In this document: in pieces, positions 21,072 through 31,871 of the stretch
Numbering within the stretch: position 1 is the stretch's first letter
Layout of the letters: every line of letters begins with the position of its first letter
Origin: an uncultured delta proteobacterium
GTDB lineage: Bacteria; Myxococcota_A; Polyangia; Fen-1088
Reading direction: 5' to 3'
Length of the DNA stretch: 64,000 bases
Assembly (NCBI GenBank): GCA_963796685.1
Contig: CAWCMR010000011.1
Location: 224,001 to 288,000, forward strand
The notes under the pieces: generated by a model
What the model was told of the DNA's origin: nothing
Databases searched by the model: none
The model's input: the letters and a program-made list of their open reading frames with translations, nothing else
Made by a program: the position numbers and the translations under genes

Positions 21072-22392
21072 ATACAGCGCTACGCCCATCCACTCGACAA
21101 CGAGGAGCCGGCGAGGGCGGCCAGACGCTTCCCATCGTCATGGCCGTCGTGCTGGTGGTCGTGCTCCTGAGCGTGGCATTGTTCACGCGGGTCAGTGGCG
21201 ACTTCAGCAATACCAATCTCGAGACCAAGATCCAGCAAGCCCGCTCGTTGGCGCAATCGGGAGTTGCCGACGCACTGTTCCAGATCGACCAGCAGGGAGC
21301 ATCTCCATCTTCGTTCTGCAACGAGCCGAACAGCGGCGGCAAATGCACGCTGAGCAGCGTCCCCAACGCTCCTGGAACCGTGTACACGGCCCGGTACAAC
21401 CCCACAAGCGGTGCATACACGGTGCTGTCCCAAGGGACGGTCCGCAATATCTCCTATGCCGTGCAGACCACGGTGAAACAGACTCCGATCTTGACCAATG
21501 CCGTCTACGGGGGAGCCTTCGTGACCTTCGACGGTAAATCGAGCACGAGCGTGACCGTGACCGATCCCTACGGGAACGCGATACCTGGTGCCACCGCCGC
21601 CATCGCAGTGGGCCCTGGAGGGACCCTGACATGCAACGGCCCCGCTGATCCCAACGCCACATACGTCAACTATGGCGGGTCGATCTCGAAGTGCACCCCG
21701 TATCAGAACCTGGGTCCCATCTACGCTCCGCAACAGCCGACGCAAACGTGCCCTGCCCCGGCCAACCCATATGGTGCGCCGCCGACGCCTTGTCTGCCAG
21801 CAACGGCCTCGGCGTGCACGAGCATGAGTCCGGCTGTCACTGGCTCCGACGCGGCTGGCTACACGGTCACCGGCCCGGCCACCCTCGAGCCGGGCGTCTA
21901 CGTCTGTCGAGGTGGCCTCACGATGACCGGAACCGTCAACATCGACTATGCGCAGAGTCCGCAACAGAACAGCGGCAGGGTCGAGATCTACGTATTCCCC
22001 CCGTGGGTTCCACGACGTCTCCGAACGTCAATTTCGCAGGCTCGACGGTGAACGCCTGCGAGCCTCCTCTCGGGACCGGTACGGGCACGTGCAAGGGGGG
22101 ATTGGTTGGCGATCCGACAGACCTCGAGATCTACGCCTGGGGTAGTGGTACCGCCGGATTGGGTGCGTCCCAAGTCAACGCCGTCTTCTGGGGCCCGGGC
22201 ATGAACCTCACACTCAACGGCTCATCCAACAACCTGACGTGGACCGGCGGTCTCATCCTCGGCGGCATCACCGCCAACGGGCATCCGAGCTTCGCTCTCA
22301 ACTTCGACCAGCGACTTCAGAGTGAGTACCAGCAGTCCAGCTGGCAAATCTCCAACTTCCTCGAGATCAGTCCCGGATTCTCCATTCCATGA
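21062..22392 (+). CDS. PilX-like minor pilin with C-terminal beta-rich domain (frameshift in the C-run at ~22000)
   Basis: EGG|QTLPIVMAVV without E5; QARSLAQSGVADALFQI; LEPGVYVC; tail GDPTDLEIY..WTGGLILG..FDQRL..WQISNFLEI. Confidence 0.78.
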
Positions 22393-22610
22393 CCTCAGTG
22401 ACTCAGACCCGTCCGGAGACCATCGCAAGGGGTCGCTCCGGGCATTACTGAAATCCAGATATCAATCACACGGCTCGACGCTGACATCCAAGCATCCCCA
22501 TGTCGATAAGAGGTCCTCGATCTCCGCACCAGGCGCACCAAAGTTGAAGCGGAGCTCCGTGCAATGCGGTGGTCGCTCTCCTGTCGTGAACTCCCGGTTA
22601 GCATTGTCGG

Positions 22611-23507
22611 ATGCAAGCACCCGCGGGCGCGCCCGAGTGGCTGGAGGTCATGACCGCGGCCGAACGACCCGACCTCTGGGAGCAGACCCTCGCCGACAAC
22701 CTGTTTCGCGCCGTCTGGCCCGAGTACAACCTTCACGGGAGCGACACGTGGAAGTACTTCCCGGCCACCTTCCCGGCCCACGCGGCGTTGCAGGTCCTGT
22801 TCGTCGACAAGCGCACCGAGCGCATCATCTGCCGGGGGCGGACCATCGGCATTCGCTGGGACGGGAGCCTTCGCTCCCTGCCTCACGGCATCGACGACGC
22901 TGGTCTGCGTGCCCTCAACGAGTCCCGCCCGCCCACGGCCGTCTGCGCCCTTGCCGCCGAGGTCGACGACGAGTACCAGCGTTTTGGCCTGAGCGAGCTG
23001 CTCTTGCGGGCCATGGCCATGGCCACCGTGGCGACTGGGCTCTCCCGGCTCGTCGTACCGGCGCGCCCGTCGATGAAAGAGCGCTACCCGCTCATGCCCA
23101 TCGGTCGCTACGCCGCTTGGCGCCGCGACGACGGGCTGCCCTTCGACCCGTGGTTGCGGGTGCACGTCCGGCTCGGGGCGCGCATCTTGCGACCCGAGCC
23201 GCGGTCGCTGCGTATTGACGCCACCGTGGAGAATTGGGAGCGCTGGACGGACATGTCGTTCCCGGTGAACGGTACGTACGTGTTCCCCCGCTGCCTGGCG
23301 CCGCTCACCGTTCGCGGCGGCCGAGGGAGATATTGGGAACCCAATGTGTGGGTGGAGCACGACACGAGCACGGTAGAGGTGCCACCGCGCGTGGCGCTGC
23401 CCGACGCGATCGGAGGTGGCGGCGCCAGCGGGCCGCTGGGCCTCCAGGTGCGCCAGGTGCGGGGGCAGCTCGGGCGGCTCACGCGCCGCCTGGGCCTGCG
23501 TCGCTGA
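22611..23507 (+). CDS. GNAT-like putative acyltransferase
   Basis: YQRFGLSELLL, VPARPSMKERYP, PFDPWLRVHVRLGA, YWEPNVWVEH. Confidence 0.75.
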   Translation: MQAPAGAPEWLEVMTAAERPDLWEQTLADNLFRAVWPEYNLHGSDTWKYFPATFPAHAALQVLFVDKRTERIICRGRTIGIRWDGSLRSLPHGIDDAGLRALNESRPPTAVCALAAEVDDEYQRFGLSELLLRAMAMATVATGLSRLVVPARPSMKERYPLMPIGRYAAWRRDDGLPFDPWLRVHVRLGARILRPEPRSLRIDATVENWERWTDMSFPVNGTYVFPRCLAPLTVRGGRGRYWEPNVWVEHDTSTVEVPPRVALPDAIGGGGASGPLGLQVRQVRGQLGRLTRRLGLRR

Positions 23508-23757
23508 CGGGGCGCAGGCCGGAACGCACCGGGGGAGCGGACAATTGGGGGGTTGTGAGCCCGGCACGGCCCGATCGGGCGTCCAACCTCCGGGTCGAGC
23601 GCCGTGCCTGGTTTCGGGTGGTGCCGCCGGCTGAGGCGGGGTCGGATGAGGTTTGTGAATGCGTTGACGACCCTGTGAGGTATCGTGCCCACTCTGTGTA
23701 GGGTGTAGAACCTCGCTGTCCAGCTCAGATTCACAGCAGGTCTGACGTGCGCCGCAA

Positions 23758-24538
23758 TCAGCCCGCTCGGGCCACGATGATGTCCTGGCGGGCACCCATC
23801 GTGCCGACGCGTCCCGACCACCTCCCATCGTGAACAGCGGTCACTTCCATGCGAGCGTCAGCCAGCATCCGCGGAGCCGTCGAAAGCGAGATCCCAATTG
23901 CTTGTCGATCGTCGCCCGGCCTTGCCGTCCAGTACCCGTCGCGTCGAACAAATTCCCGGTCTGGTTTCGGATCGGTTTCGTCCTCGCGGATCAAGAACCA
24001 GGTGCTGTACAAGCGACCACCCGGAACGAGCACTCGGTGCGACTCTCGTATGTAGTTGCGGATCTCGGCGGGATAGAGGTGCGTGAAGACCGAGGTCGCG
24101 ATCACGAAGGAAAAGGATTGGTCCTCGTACGGGAACCGGAAGTTCTCTGATGACGAGGAACCGCCGGGGTTGTACATGTCGGTCTCGAGGTCGACGTGTT
24201 GGAAGTGAAACGATGGCCTACGCCGACTGATCTTCTTTTGTGCCCAAGCGATCATCTCGGCGTCCACGTCGAATCCGTCGTATCGCGGCCGACTCATCGA
24301 GGTACTCCAGCAGCGGGATGGCTATGCGACCGACGCCGCAGCCGATGTCGAGCACACGCTCGTTGGGCTTCAAACCACCCAATTCGATGAATCGATGACG
24401 GCTCTCGACTCCGACCCTGGGGAAGCTGCCGCCAACGTGCATTCGCATGTGACGGGGAGGCAACAGCGGGTTCCGCAGCCTGGCCACGGCATCAGCAGCC
24501 GAATGTCGGGCAGAACTGGCCCAAAGACCGACGGCCAC
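23758..24538 (-). CDS. Class I SAM-dependent methyltransferase (frameshift at ~24290)
   Basis: VLDIGCGVGRIA, YDGFDVD, SVFTHL, RVLVPGG. Start approximate. Confidence 0.85.
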
Positions 24539-24912
24539 CTTGATCGACCTGCTCGGCGGACTTCCACTCACCACTCGACCTCGTGCGCTGGATTGACCAT
24601 CAATGCCCGTCGGCGGCAGCGCTCGCCGAAGCAGGAACGGCCATTCTGCCATGCCGCCGCCTGCAACAGCCGGGGCGGCGGTCGCGATCGGCGTCGCCTC
24701 ACCGTGCTCACCATGGTCGGGCTGACCGAGGAATGCGTCCAGACCGACCCGCTATGAACGACCGCAGGTCGGTCGACTCGGAAACGGAGGCAGCGCTGCT
24801 TGCCTGCCACGTCGTGGTCCGTATGGCTTCGAGATCGTCGATCCATCCCCCCTTCGCCCCGGGAGCTCGTCGATCCCAGGCGAGGGTCTTCCGTACTCGA
24901 CGGAATCCGGCC

Positions 24913-25890
24913 TCAGACCGTGATGACGACTTTGCCTCGAGCATGACCTCCTTGGAAGTACCGGAGGGCCGAGGCGGCATCGCTCAGCAGGAACGTCCGG
25001 TCAATGGCCGGTGTGACCTTCCCTGCTTGGAGGAGTTCCCGGAGCACCGCCAAGTCGGCCGAGTTCTCCTTCGCGCCCAGAATGCCCAGCTTCTGGCTCA
25101 CCAGCGGAGAAAGCACGATCCCCCGCAGTTGGCGGTCGAAGCCACCGAGCCACCGTCCGTCGGTCTCGCCCCCGACGATGACGAGTCTGCCTTGCCGAGT
25201 GAGGGCTCGGCGGAGGTGTGACAACCCGCTGTTGCCCGCAATGTCGAGGATCGTGTCGTAGTGGTGCTCGCCGTCGGCGAAGTCGTCGCCTGTGTAGTCG
25301 ACGACCCGATCGGCACCGAGGGCCCGGACCAGGTCCATCTTGGCCGAACTGCACACGCCGGTGACCTCGGCACCGAAGGCCTTGGCGATCTGGATGGCGA
25401 AAGTCCCTACCCCTCCCGAGGCGCCGATGATCAGCACCTTCTCCCCAGCCCGCACCTTGGCGCGGTCACGGAGGCCCTGCAACGCGGTGACGGCGGACAC
25501 GGGGACCGCCGCCGCCTGCTCGAAGGAGAGGTTGGCTGGCTTGAGAGCGAGGAGTCCCGCTCGAGCGCGGCCGTACTCGGCGAAGGAGCCGTCGCAGGTT
25601 CCGTAGACCTCGTCGCCCGGCTCGAATTCGGTCACGCTCGAGCCGACGGCCTCGACGGTGCCGGCCAACGACCGGCCCGGGTTGGGTGCCTTGGGTCGTC
25701 GGAACCCGTAGCCCATGATACGCATGAGCCTGGGCAGGCCCGTCATCAGATGCCAGGTGCCTCGATCCACACTGGCGGCCCGTACCCGCACGAGGACTTC
25801 GTGGTCGTCGATGGTGGGCCGGGCGATCTCCTCAAACCGCAGGACATCCTCCGGCACGGTGCCGTACGCGTCTTGGACGATCGCCTTCAT
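24913..25890 (-). CDS. NAD(P)-dependent MDR-family alcohol dehydrogenase / quinone reductase
   Basis: [34 protein letters not shown]. Confidence 0.92.
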   Translation of the reverse strand: MKAIVQDAYGTVPEDVLRFEEIARPTIDDHEVLVRVRAASVDRGTWHLMTGLPRLMRIMGYGFRRPKAPNPGRSLAGTVEAVGSSVTEFEPGDEVYGTCDGSFAEYGRARAGLLALKPANLSFEQAAAVPVSAVTALQGLRDRAKVRAGEKVLIIGASGGVGTFAIQIAKAFGAEVTGVCSSAKMDLVRALGADRVVDYTGDDFADGEHHYDTILDIAGNSGLSHLRRALTRQGRLVIVGGETDGRWLGGFDRQLRGIVLSPLVSQKLGILGAKENSADLAVLRELLQAGKVTPAIDRTFLLSDAASALRYFQGGHARGKVVITV

Positions 25891-26714
25891 CGCCTCGGCG
25901 CCGGGGGTCTGGGCGTCGGCTCGATCGAGTCCTCGAACGTTGGGGTCTTCGTCGGTTCGTTCTTCGCTGTCATCGGGCTTGGTCCGATGGAGTCGTGGTG
26001 AGATCCCAGGGTGACGTGGCGTCCCCGGATCACGAGCCAGAGCGCGAACACGAACTCGCCGATGCCCGTGATCGCGGAGATGTCGGACGAGGAGCCTCGG
26101 ACGAGCGCTCGCATGACCGTGTCGAACACGTAGCCGAAGCCCGCGATGGCGAGCAGGACACCCAGCAGCCTCGGGACATACCCCGACCGGTAGGCGAGAA
26201 AAGCCAGGACGAAGAGGTTCAAGCCGAAGAGGACGAGGCCAGCGTCCCAGATATTGGTGAAGGTATTGATGTGCCGGAGCCCCTGCGCGGGGAGATGGAG
26301 CACCCCGGCGAGCTGGCTGAGGGCGGCGATGAAGACCCCGGCGTACGCGACCCGGAGCCACGCCGAGAGCTTCGTCAGAGCTTCGCTCACCGGCTTGAAC
26401 ACCCGATACAGCGACCATGCGACGACGACATCGAGCGCGGCCACGAGGTAGAGGCTCAGGGTTCCGAACCGGAACAGGCCCTCGTGGTCGGCAATCTTCG
26501 AGGCTGTCCGGGCGGCATTCCCGGGTACGACGAGCCCTTTCACGGCGAAGAGATACCCGAAGGCCGAGAGCAGGGACATGAGCAGAAGTCCGACGCCCGC
26601 AATGGTGCTGGCCTGGTGAATCGACCGGTTCGCATCCCGGGACGGGATCATCGTCTCGACGCCGACGGACCGGATCGCCAGCTCGGTGGGCCGGTTGAGC
26701 GTTGCTGTCTGCAT
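25887..26714 (-). CDS. DUF4386 family membrane protein
   Basis: [40 protein letters not shown]; GGAGAG RBS. Confidence 0.82.
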   Translation of the reverse strand: MQTATLNRPTELAIRSVGVETMIPSRDANRSIHQASTIAGVGLLLMSLLSAFGYLFAVKGLVVPGNAARTASKIADHEGLFRFGTLSLYLVAALDVVVAWSLYRVFKPVSEALTKLSAWLRVAYAGVFIAALSQLAGVLHLPAQGLRHINTFTNIWDAGLVLFGLNLFVLAFLAYRSGYVPRLLGVLLAIAGFGYVFDTVMRALVRGSSSDISAITGIGEFVFALWLVIRGRHVTLGSHHDSIGPSPMTAKNEPTKTPTFEDSIEPTPRPPAPRR

Positions 26715-26735
26715 GGTCTCTCCGATGGTCGTTGG

Positions 26736-26772
26736 CTTACGTTGTAAGGTCATGGTATGCTTACGTCGTAAG
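26736..26772. promoter_or_regulatory. Paired TetR operators CTTAC-N3-GTAAG
   Basis: CTTACgttGTAAG at 26736 and CTTACgtcGTAAG at 26760, between the divergent TetR and DUF4386 genes. Confidence 0.7.
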
Positions 26773-26803
26773 GTTGTCAAGTCCGATCCAGGAGGCAGCG
26801 AAG

Positions 26804-27481
26804 ATGGCCCCGCCGTCGAAGTCCGACACGAAGCCCCGCAGGTCTCTGAGTAGGGATCGGGTGCTCCTCGGGGGGGTTGCTTTCGCCGACGAGCACGGGA
26901 TCGCATTGCTCAGCATGCGCAAGCTCGGCGAAGCCCTCGGGGTCGAGGCGATGTCGCTCTACAACTACGTGGCCAACAAGGACGAGCTTCTCGACGGCAT
27001 GGTCGACCTGGTCTTCGCCCAGATCGACCTGCCCACGAGCGGAGGCGACTGGAAGCCGGCGATGCGTGAGCGGGCGCAGTCCGCCCGCCAGGCGCTGCGA
27101 CGCCACCCCTGGGCGATCGCTTTGATGTCGACCCGGACCTCACCGGGCCCGGCCACGCTCCGACACCACAACGCCGTCATCGGGAGCCTCCGGGCGGCGG
27201 GCTTTTCGGTGGCGATGACCGCACACGCGTTCTCCGCCCTCGACAGCTACATCTACGGTTTCGCGTTGCAAGAGGCCACGTTGCCCTTGGGCGAAACCGA
27301 GGAGGAGACGGTCGAGGTGGCGCAGGCGATGATGGCGCAGGTCCCCGCCGACGAGTATCCCCACCTCACCGAGTTCACCACCGAGCACGTCCTCCAGCCC
27401 GGCTACGACTACGCCAAGGAGTTCGAGTTCGGGCTCGACCTGATCCTCGACGGCCTGGACAAGACCCGCGACACGATCTGA
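26804..27481 (+). CDS. TetR/AcrR regulator (TetR_C type)
   Basis: [28 protein letters not shown]; [12 protein letters not shown]. Confidence 0.93.
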   Translation: MAPPSKSDTKPRRSLSRDRVLLGGVAFADEHGIALLSMRKLGEALGVEAMSLYNYVANKDELLDGMVDLVFAQIDLPTSGGDWKPAMRERAQSARQALRRHPWAIALMSTRTSPGPATLRHHNAVIGSLRAAGFSVAMTAHAFSALDSYIYGFALQEATLPLGETEEETVEVAQAMMAQVPADEYPHLTEFTTEHVLQPGYDYAKEFEFGLDLILDGLDKTRDTI

Positions 27482-27516
27482 ACGGTGCGTCACGGCGACG
27501 AGCACACTCCCTACCG

Positions 27517-28050
27517 TTGTGTGATGTTGCCACGGGGCGGTCCGCTTTTGGCGAGGCACGCGGTGGCCAGAGAGGTAACAATCGACCTGTGGATCGGGGA
27601 GACAAGAAGAGGGCGCTGTATCCAGGAGGCCGGCCGACCCAGGAGGCAAAGGCGATCCACCGGCGTTTCATCGCCGGGCCTCTTCCTCGCATTCTTCCCA
27701 TCGCGTCGGTGCTGGAGGTCCGTGGGCAGAAGAGCGGACAGGCCATCCGAATCCCTCTGGTGATTGTCCGCTATCGGGGTTCGTGGTATCTGGTCTCAAT
27801 GTTCGGAGAACAGTCGAACTGGGTGAAGAACGTTCGCGCCGCAGACGGCGAAGCCGTGTTGACCCATGGGAGACGCCGACCGGTGCGACTCTTCGACGTT
27901 CCGGTGTGTGATCGGGCGCCCATCATAAGGCGCTATCTGTTGTTCGCGGCGGGAGCGAGACCCCACATGCAAGTCGGGTGGAGGGCACCGTTGTCGGCGT
28001 TCAAGGCCGTGGCGGCGAACTACCCCGTTTTCCGAGTGGGACCTGGGTGA
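27517..28050 (+). CDS. Deazaflavin-dependent nitroreductase (DDN-like) family protein
   Basis: LEVRGQKSG, SNWVKNVRAA, YPVFRV. Start uncertain. Confidence 0.75.
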   Translation: MCDVATGRSAFGEARGGQRGNNRPVDRGDKKRALYPGGRPTQEAKAIHRRFIAGPLPRILPIASVLEVRGQKSGQAIRIPLVIVRYRGSWYLVSMFGEQSNWVKNVRAADGEAVLTHGRRRPVRLFDVPVCDRAPIIRRYLLFAAGARPHMQVGWRAPLSAFKAVAANYPVFRVGPG

Positions 28051-28166
28051 CGACCCGCTCGCACCCGTGCCGTGTCGCGCCAACATCCCCGGCCCATGTC
28101 ATCGGCCAGGAACAACGCGGGTCTCGGGTGCAAGCCGCTCACCCGGTGTCTATGGTGAACTCGACC

Positions 28167-28625
28167 ATGACCATGAAGCTCGAGATCTCCCGTGACATCG
28201 CCGTTTCGCCCGCGGTGGCCTATGCCGCCATCTCGGACGTCACACGGATGGGTGAATGGTCCGAGGAATGCTATGCATGCGAATGGCACGACGGCTATGA
28301 CGGCCCGGTCGTCGGAGCGACCTTCGACGGGCACAACCGCCATGGTGAGCACGAGTGGACCACGCAGGGAAGGGTCATCGAGGCCGACCCCGGGTGGGGG
28401 TTCGCCTTCGAGTGCTCAATGATGGATATCCATTACTCGACCTGGGGGTACCGCATCGAGCCCACTGCGTCGGGATGCCGGGTGACCGAGTGGAACGAGG
28501 ACTTGCGGCCCGAGTCCGCCATGGAGTTCAGCAGGAAGGTCTCTGGTGTGGACGACCGCACGGAGCGGAATCGTCGGACCATGAACGGCACCCTCGAGCG
28601 CCTCGCCGTCGCCCTTGAGAACTGA
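28167..28625 (+). CDS. SRPBCC family protein
   Basis: ISDVTRMGEWSEEC, GATFDGHNR, TLERL. Confidence 0.88.
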   Translation: MTMKLEISRDIAVSPAVAYAAISDVTRMGEWSEECYACEWHDGYDGPVVGATFDGHNRHGEHEWTTQGRVIEADPGWGFAFECSMMDIHYSTWGYRIEPTASGCRVTEWNEDLRPESAMEFSRKVSGVDDRTERNRRTMNGTLERLAVALEN

Positions 28626-28687
28626 TCGACTGCCTCTGTGCGGCCCAATGATGGGCACGGCCCGCTATGTGGCGGTTGACACTTGCA

Positions 28688-29791
28688 TCAGGGCCTATAC
28701 ACGAATCCCGGGAATATGGTGTACGCAACGAGCACCAGCACCATGGCCGCCGCACTAGATGCAACAAGCACTTGAAAGCGCTTGGCGGTGAGGACGATCG
28801 CGGCCCCGGCAACGAGCGGAAACGCGCTCAGGAGAAGGCGAGGTGTGAGCCACAATGCCGAGTCGAACATGACCGAGGCGAAGAACGGGAGGGTGAAGGC
28901 CCACCAGGTACCCGGAACGCGGGCTCGATGCATCAACCACAGGCCACCGAAGGCCACCGCCACAGACAAGGTCTCGACGGCTGTGACTCCTGACCAGGTC
29001 GTGAACCACTGCCATGGAGCGAGAAGATCGAAATGATGGCCCCACCCGCTCCGTTCGGCATCGAACCAGGCGAAGGGCGTTCCCACATGGGCCCAGAGGT
29101 AGAGGCAATACGAGATGAATCCCGACGAAGCGAGGGCCGGGGCGATCCACGCATGGCGCTCCCTGGCTCGCCACGCTCCCCATCCAGCGGCAACGACGAT
29201 GGGAAGCGCGAGAGGAGCCGTAGCCGTAGCCAGTGCACCGATCAAGCCAGCGGCAAGCCACCGGCGCCGGTCGACCATGATCAGCGCAACAGCACAGAGC
29301 GAGATCGCCAGGCCTTCTGCATAGGCGGGACTGAGAAACGCTGCGCCGGGGGCCAGCGCGACGAGCCAGCCGGCGCGTACGCCCGTCTGCGTGCCGGCCC
29401 TGTCACGTGCCAACGCACCGACGGCCAGGCATGCGAAGGCCCCCGTCAGCAGTGAGACCGTGGCCCCACCCATGGACCAATTGTTGCCAAATAGTGGTGC
29501 AGTGGCCCGGACCAGGAGTGGGTAGAGCGGAAAGTAGGCAATGAGCGACGAGCCATGGTCCGTCACCACCGTCGGATAGCCGTGGGCGGCGATCCTCAGG
29601 TAGTAGGTACCGTCCCATATGCCGGTGAGACGGATGATGGTTCGATGCGGGCCGTATATGTCGAGCAGGACTCCGAACACGACCAGCCGACTCACCAGAT
29701 AGACGGCAAGAATCGGGGCGATGAAGGTGGGTCGGGTCGCGTGCGCCTGACTCGCACCAGGCAGGGCGTCGACTACCAGCCGATCTTGCAC
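28688..29791 (-). CDS. PIG-V-like (GT-C) mannosyltransferase family membrane protein
   Basis: WDGTYYLRIAAHGY, AYFPLYPLL, AYAEGL, many TM helices. Confidence 0.82.
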   Translation of the reverse strand: MQDRLVVDALPGASQAHATRPTFIAPILAVYLVSRLVVFGVLLDIYGPHRTIIRLTGIWDGTYYLRIAAHGYPTVVTDHGSSLIAYFPLYPLLVRATAPLFGNNWSMGGATVSLLTGAFACLAVGALARDRAGTQTGVRAGWLVALAPGAAFLSPAYAEGLAISLCAVALIMVDRRRWLAAGLIGALATATAPLALPIVVAAGWGAWRARERHAWIAPALASSGFISYCLYLWAHVGTPFAWFDAERSGWGHHFDLLAPWQWFTTWSGVTAVETLSVAVAFGGLWLMHRARVPGTWWAFTLPFFASVMFDSALWLTPRLLLSAFPLVAGAAIVLTAKRFQVLVASSAAAMVLVLVAYTIFPGFVYRP

Positions 29792-30001
29792 CGCAACCCC
29801 CTCGGTTCCATCTTGGCCTACTTGCCCAGAGTGAGAAATGGGTCCTGGGACCCATAAGACGGCCTACCTTCCCGATCCCCATCAGCGCTGATCGTTTCAG
29901 GGCAGGTCGAGGCGCCCTTCAGGTCGCTCGGGTCCTGACCTCGCTGGGATCGCCCGCCCGGGACACGCAAACCTCGGGGAGGGGCCTGTCGGTGGCGACC
30001 A

Positions 30002-31660
30002 TCAAGGGGAAGCAATGTCAAATGCGCCCTTTGGTGCCACGGCAGTGAGGGTCACTTTGGGAGACCCGCCTCCCTCTGGACAGATGCTGGTCAGTGTCGC
30101 ACTTGTGGAGAGGGCTGAGTTCGTATTCGGCGGATCGGAGACAACGCGGGTCGTATTGATGCATCCGTGGGTGGTGTCTCTGACGGCGTCGTAGTCTCCC
30201 CAGCCCACGCCGAAGTAGGCGGACTGCCCGGGTGACAGGGGCACATTGTGGGGACCCGGGTCGTTGATTTGGTAAGAGGCGCCGTATGAGACGCCTATGG
30301 TCTCGACAGATCCGGACATGCCGAGTGCCTGAAATCCTGGGTATCCGAAGATCGAGCATGCCGTGCCGGAGATATTCGCCAGCCGGAAGAACGCGCCCGC
30401 CTGGCTTGCGAGACCTCGCAGCGTCTTGTCCAGGCTGAGCCGCAGCTGGTTGGCACGGCATCCTGTCGTTGGTTCCGGCGGTGACGCGATCTCTGTCCAC
30501 GTGTTGCCGTCGGTGGTGCGCCACAGGCCGTCTCCGGCTGCGGCCCAGCCATGGTCGGCGTCGAGAAATGAGACGTAGGGCGGACCGAGCGCGTCGCAAT
30601 TCGGATCGTTGTAGGCAACGTGCCAGTGCAGCCCACCGTCGGTCGTGGCGAGCAGTCCGCCCCGGTCCTCAGCAAGCCAGGCGCGGTCAGGCTCCGAGGC
30701 GAGGACGCTCAGCGGACCGAATTCGCCAACCGGGGAGATGGTCCCAGTTCCCTGGTTGGGACTTCCGTCGTTCGCAGACGCCATGAGGGCCCAGTGCGCC
30801 CCGCCGTCGTGTGACCGGTAGACCCACTTGGCGGACATGTCGGTCGCTGGTTGTCCGAATTGGACCAGCCATAGGTCACTCTCAGAGAGAGCCACCAGGT
30901 CGGACCAGTCGGCTACCCCCGTGCAGCCTTGGGGGAGGGAGAGCCTCTCCCAGGTTCTCCCGCCGTCTTCGGTCCGAGCCAGATCTCCGGGCTTCGAGCC
31001 GCTCGGGGCGTTCTGCCCACAACCCAGGACGTACGCCACGTCGACGCTGACCCGGGTCAGGAGCGACGGCTCGGGTATTGGTGGTTGGACTGTCTTCAGC
31101 CAGGTGATCCCACCATCGGTGCTGGACTGCAGCACATTCGACGACGAAATCGCCCAGATGCTGGTGCCGATCGGCGACACGGCCTCAGAGCCCGAGTCGA
31201 GGCTCAGAGATAGCGACCAACGCTGTCCTCCGTCGTGGGTGACGTCGAGGCCTTGGGAGCCCCAGGCGTAACCGTCGTCGACGTCGATGAACTCCAGGGT
31301 GGAGGCCCATGCCGGAAGCGGCGTCGGCGTGGCAACCTGCCACATGGCTCCGCCGTTTTCGGTCACAACGAGCTGTTGAACTGGCGACAGCTCGGTCGTG
31401 TCGAACTCAATGAGTCCATAGCCATGGGTCGATGAGATGAAGGAGAGCGGCCCCACTCGGTACCCCGGCACCGGCGTCCCGGCCGTGAGAGGAGGGGAAG
31501 GATTCTGAGGACCTGTCGTCTCCGGAGACGTCGGAGATGATCCAACCTGCGATGAGGTAGACGATGTCGTGGCACGTGAGCTTCGGGGCGAGGAGCACGA
31601 CGTACCAAGACCAATCAGGATTGCGACGACGATTCCGAGAACTTCAAGACGGCGAACCAT
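30002..31660 (-). CDS. Secreted/lipoprotein BNR-repeat beta-propeller with C-terminal DUF4232-like domain
   Basis: Repeated (S/T)xDGGxxW Asp-boxes; C-terminal CRANQLRLS..NISGTACSIFGYPG..LSPGQSAYF. Confidence 0.8.
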   Translation of the reverse strand: MVRRLEVLGIVVAILIGLGTSCSSPRSSRATTSSTSSQVGSSPTSPETTGPQNPSPPLTAGTPVPGYRVGPLSFISSTHGYGLIEFDTTELSPVQQLVVTENGGAMWQVATPTPLPAWASTLEFIDVDDGYAWGSQGLDVTHDGGQRWSLSLSLDSGSEAVSPIGTSIWAISSSNVLQSSTDGGITWLKTVQPPIPEPSLLTRVSVDVAYVLGCGQNAPSGSKPGDLARTEDGGRTWERLSLPQGCTGVADWSDLVALSESDLWLVQFGQPATDMSAKWVYRSHDGGAHWALMASANDGSPNQGTGTISPVGEFGPLSVLASEPDRAWLAEDRGGLLATTDGGLHWHVAYNDPNCDALGPPYVSFLDADHGWAAAGDGLWRTTDGNTWTEIASPPEPTTGCRANQLRLSLDKTLRGLASQAGAFFRLANISGTACSIFGYPGFQALGMSGSVETIGVSYGASYQINDPGPHNVPLSPGQSAYFGVGWGDYDAVRDTTHGCINTTRVVSDPPNTNSALSTSATLTSICPEGGGSPKVTLTAVAPKGAFDIASP

Positions 31661-31871
31661 CGCTCAATGCCGAGTCAAAGGTAGCAGGTCCATGGTGTCT
31701 TCACGCTTCACGATACGGCTACGTTGGCACGCGCTCTAGATCCCAGACGAGGTGCTCCTTGCCGTGCGGAACGCAGAAGTGGCGCAGATCGTGTTGGGTA
31801 ACGCATGAAAAGTCCTGGGGCGAGGCTTGCGCCTCACCCCAGGACCAGCTGCCAATGCCCTGGGACTTCGC

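Noticed and set aside
13595-22392. Invertible DNA switch between the two pilin triads
   Set aside because: No inverted repeats flanking the central region and no invertase found.
29941-30000. Possible c-di-GMP-I riboswitch (ACGCAAACC)
   Set aside because: No GNRA-capped stem or receptor, and no downstream same-strand gene.
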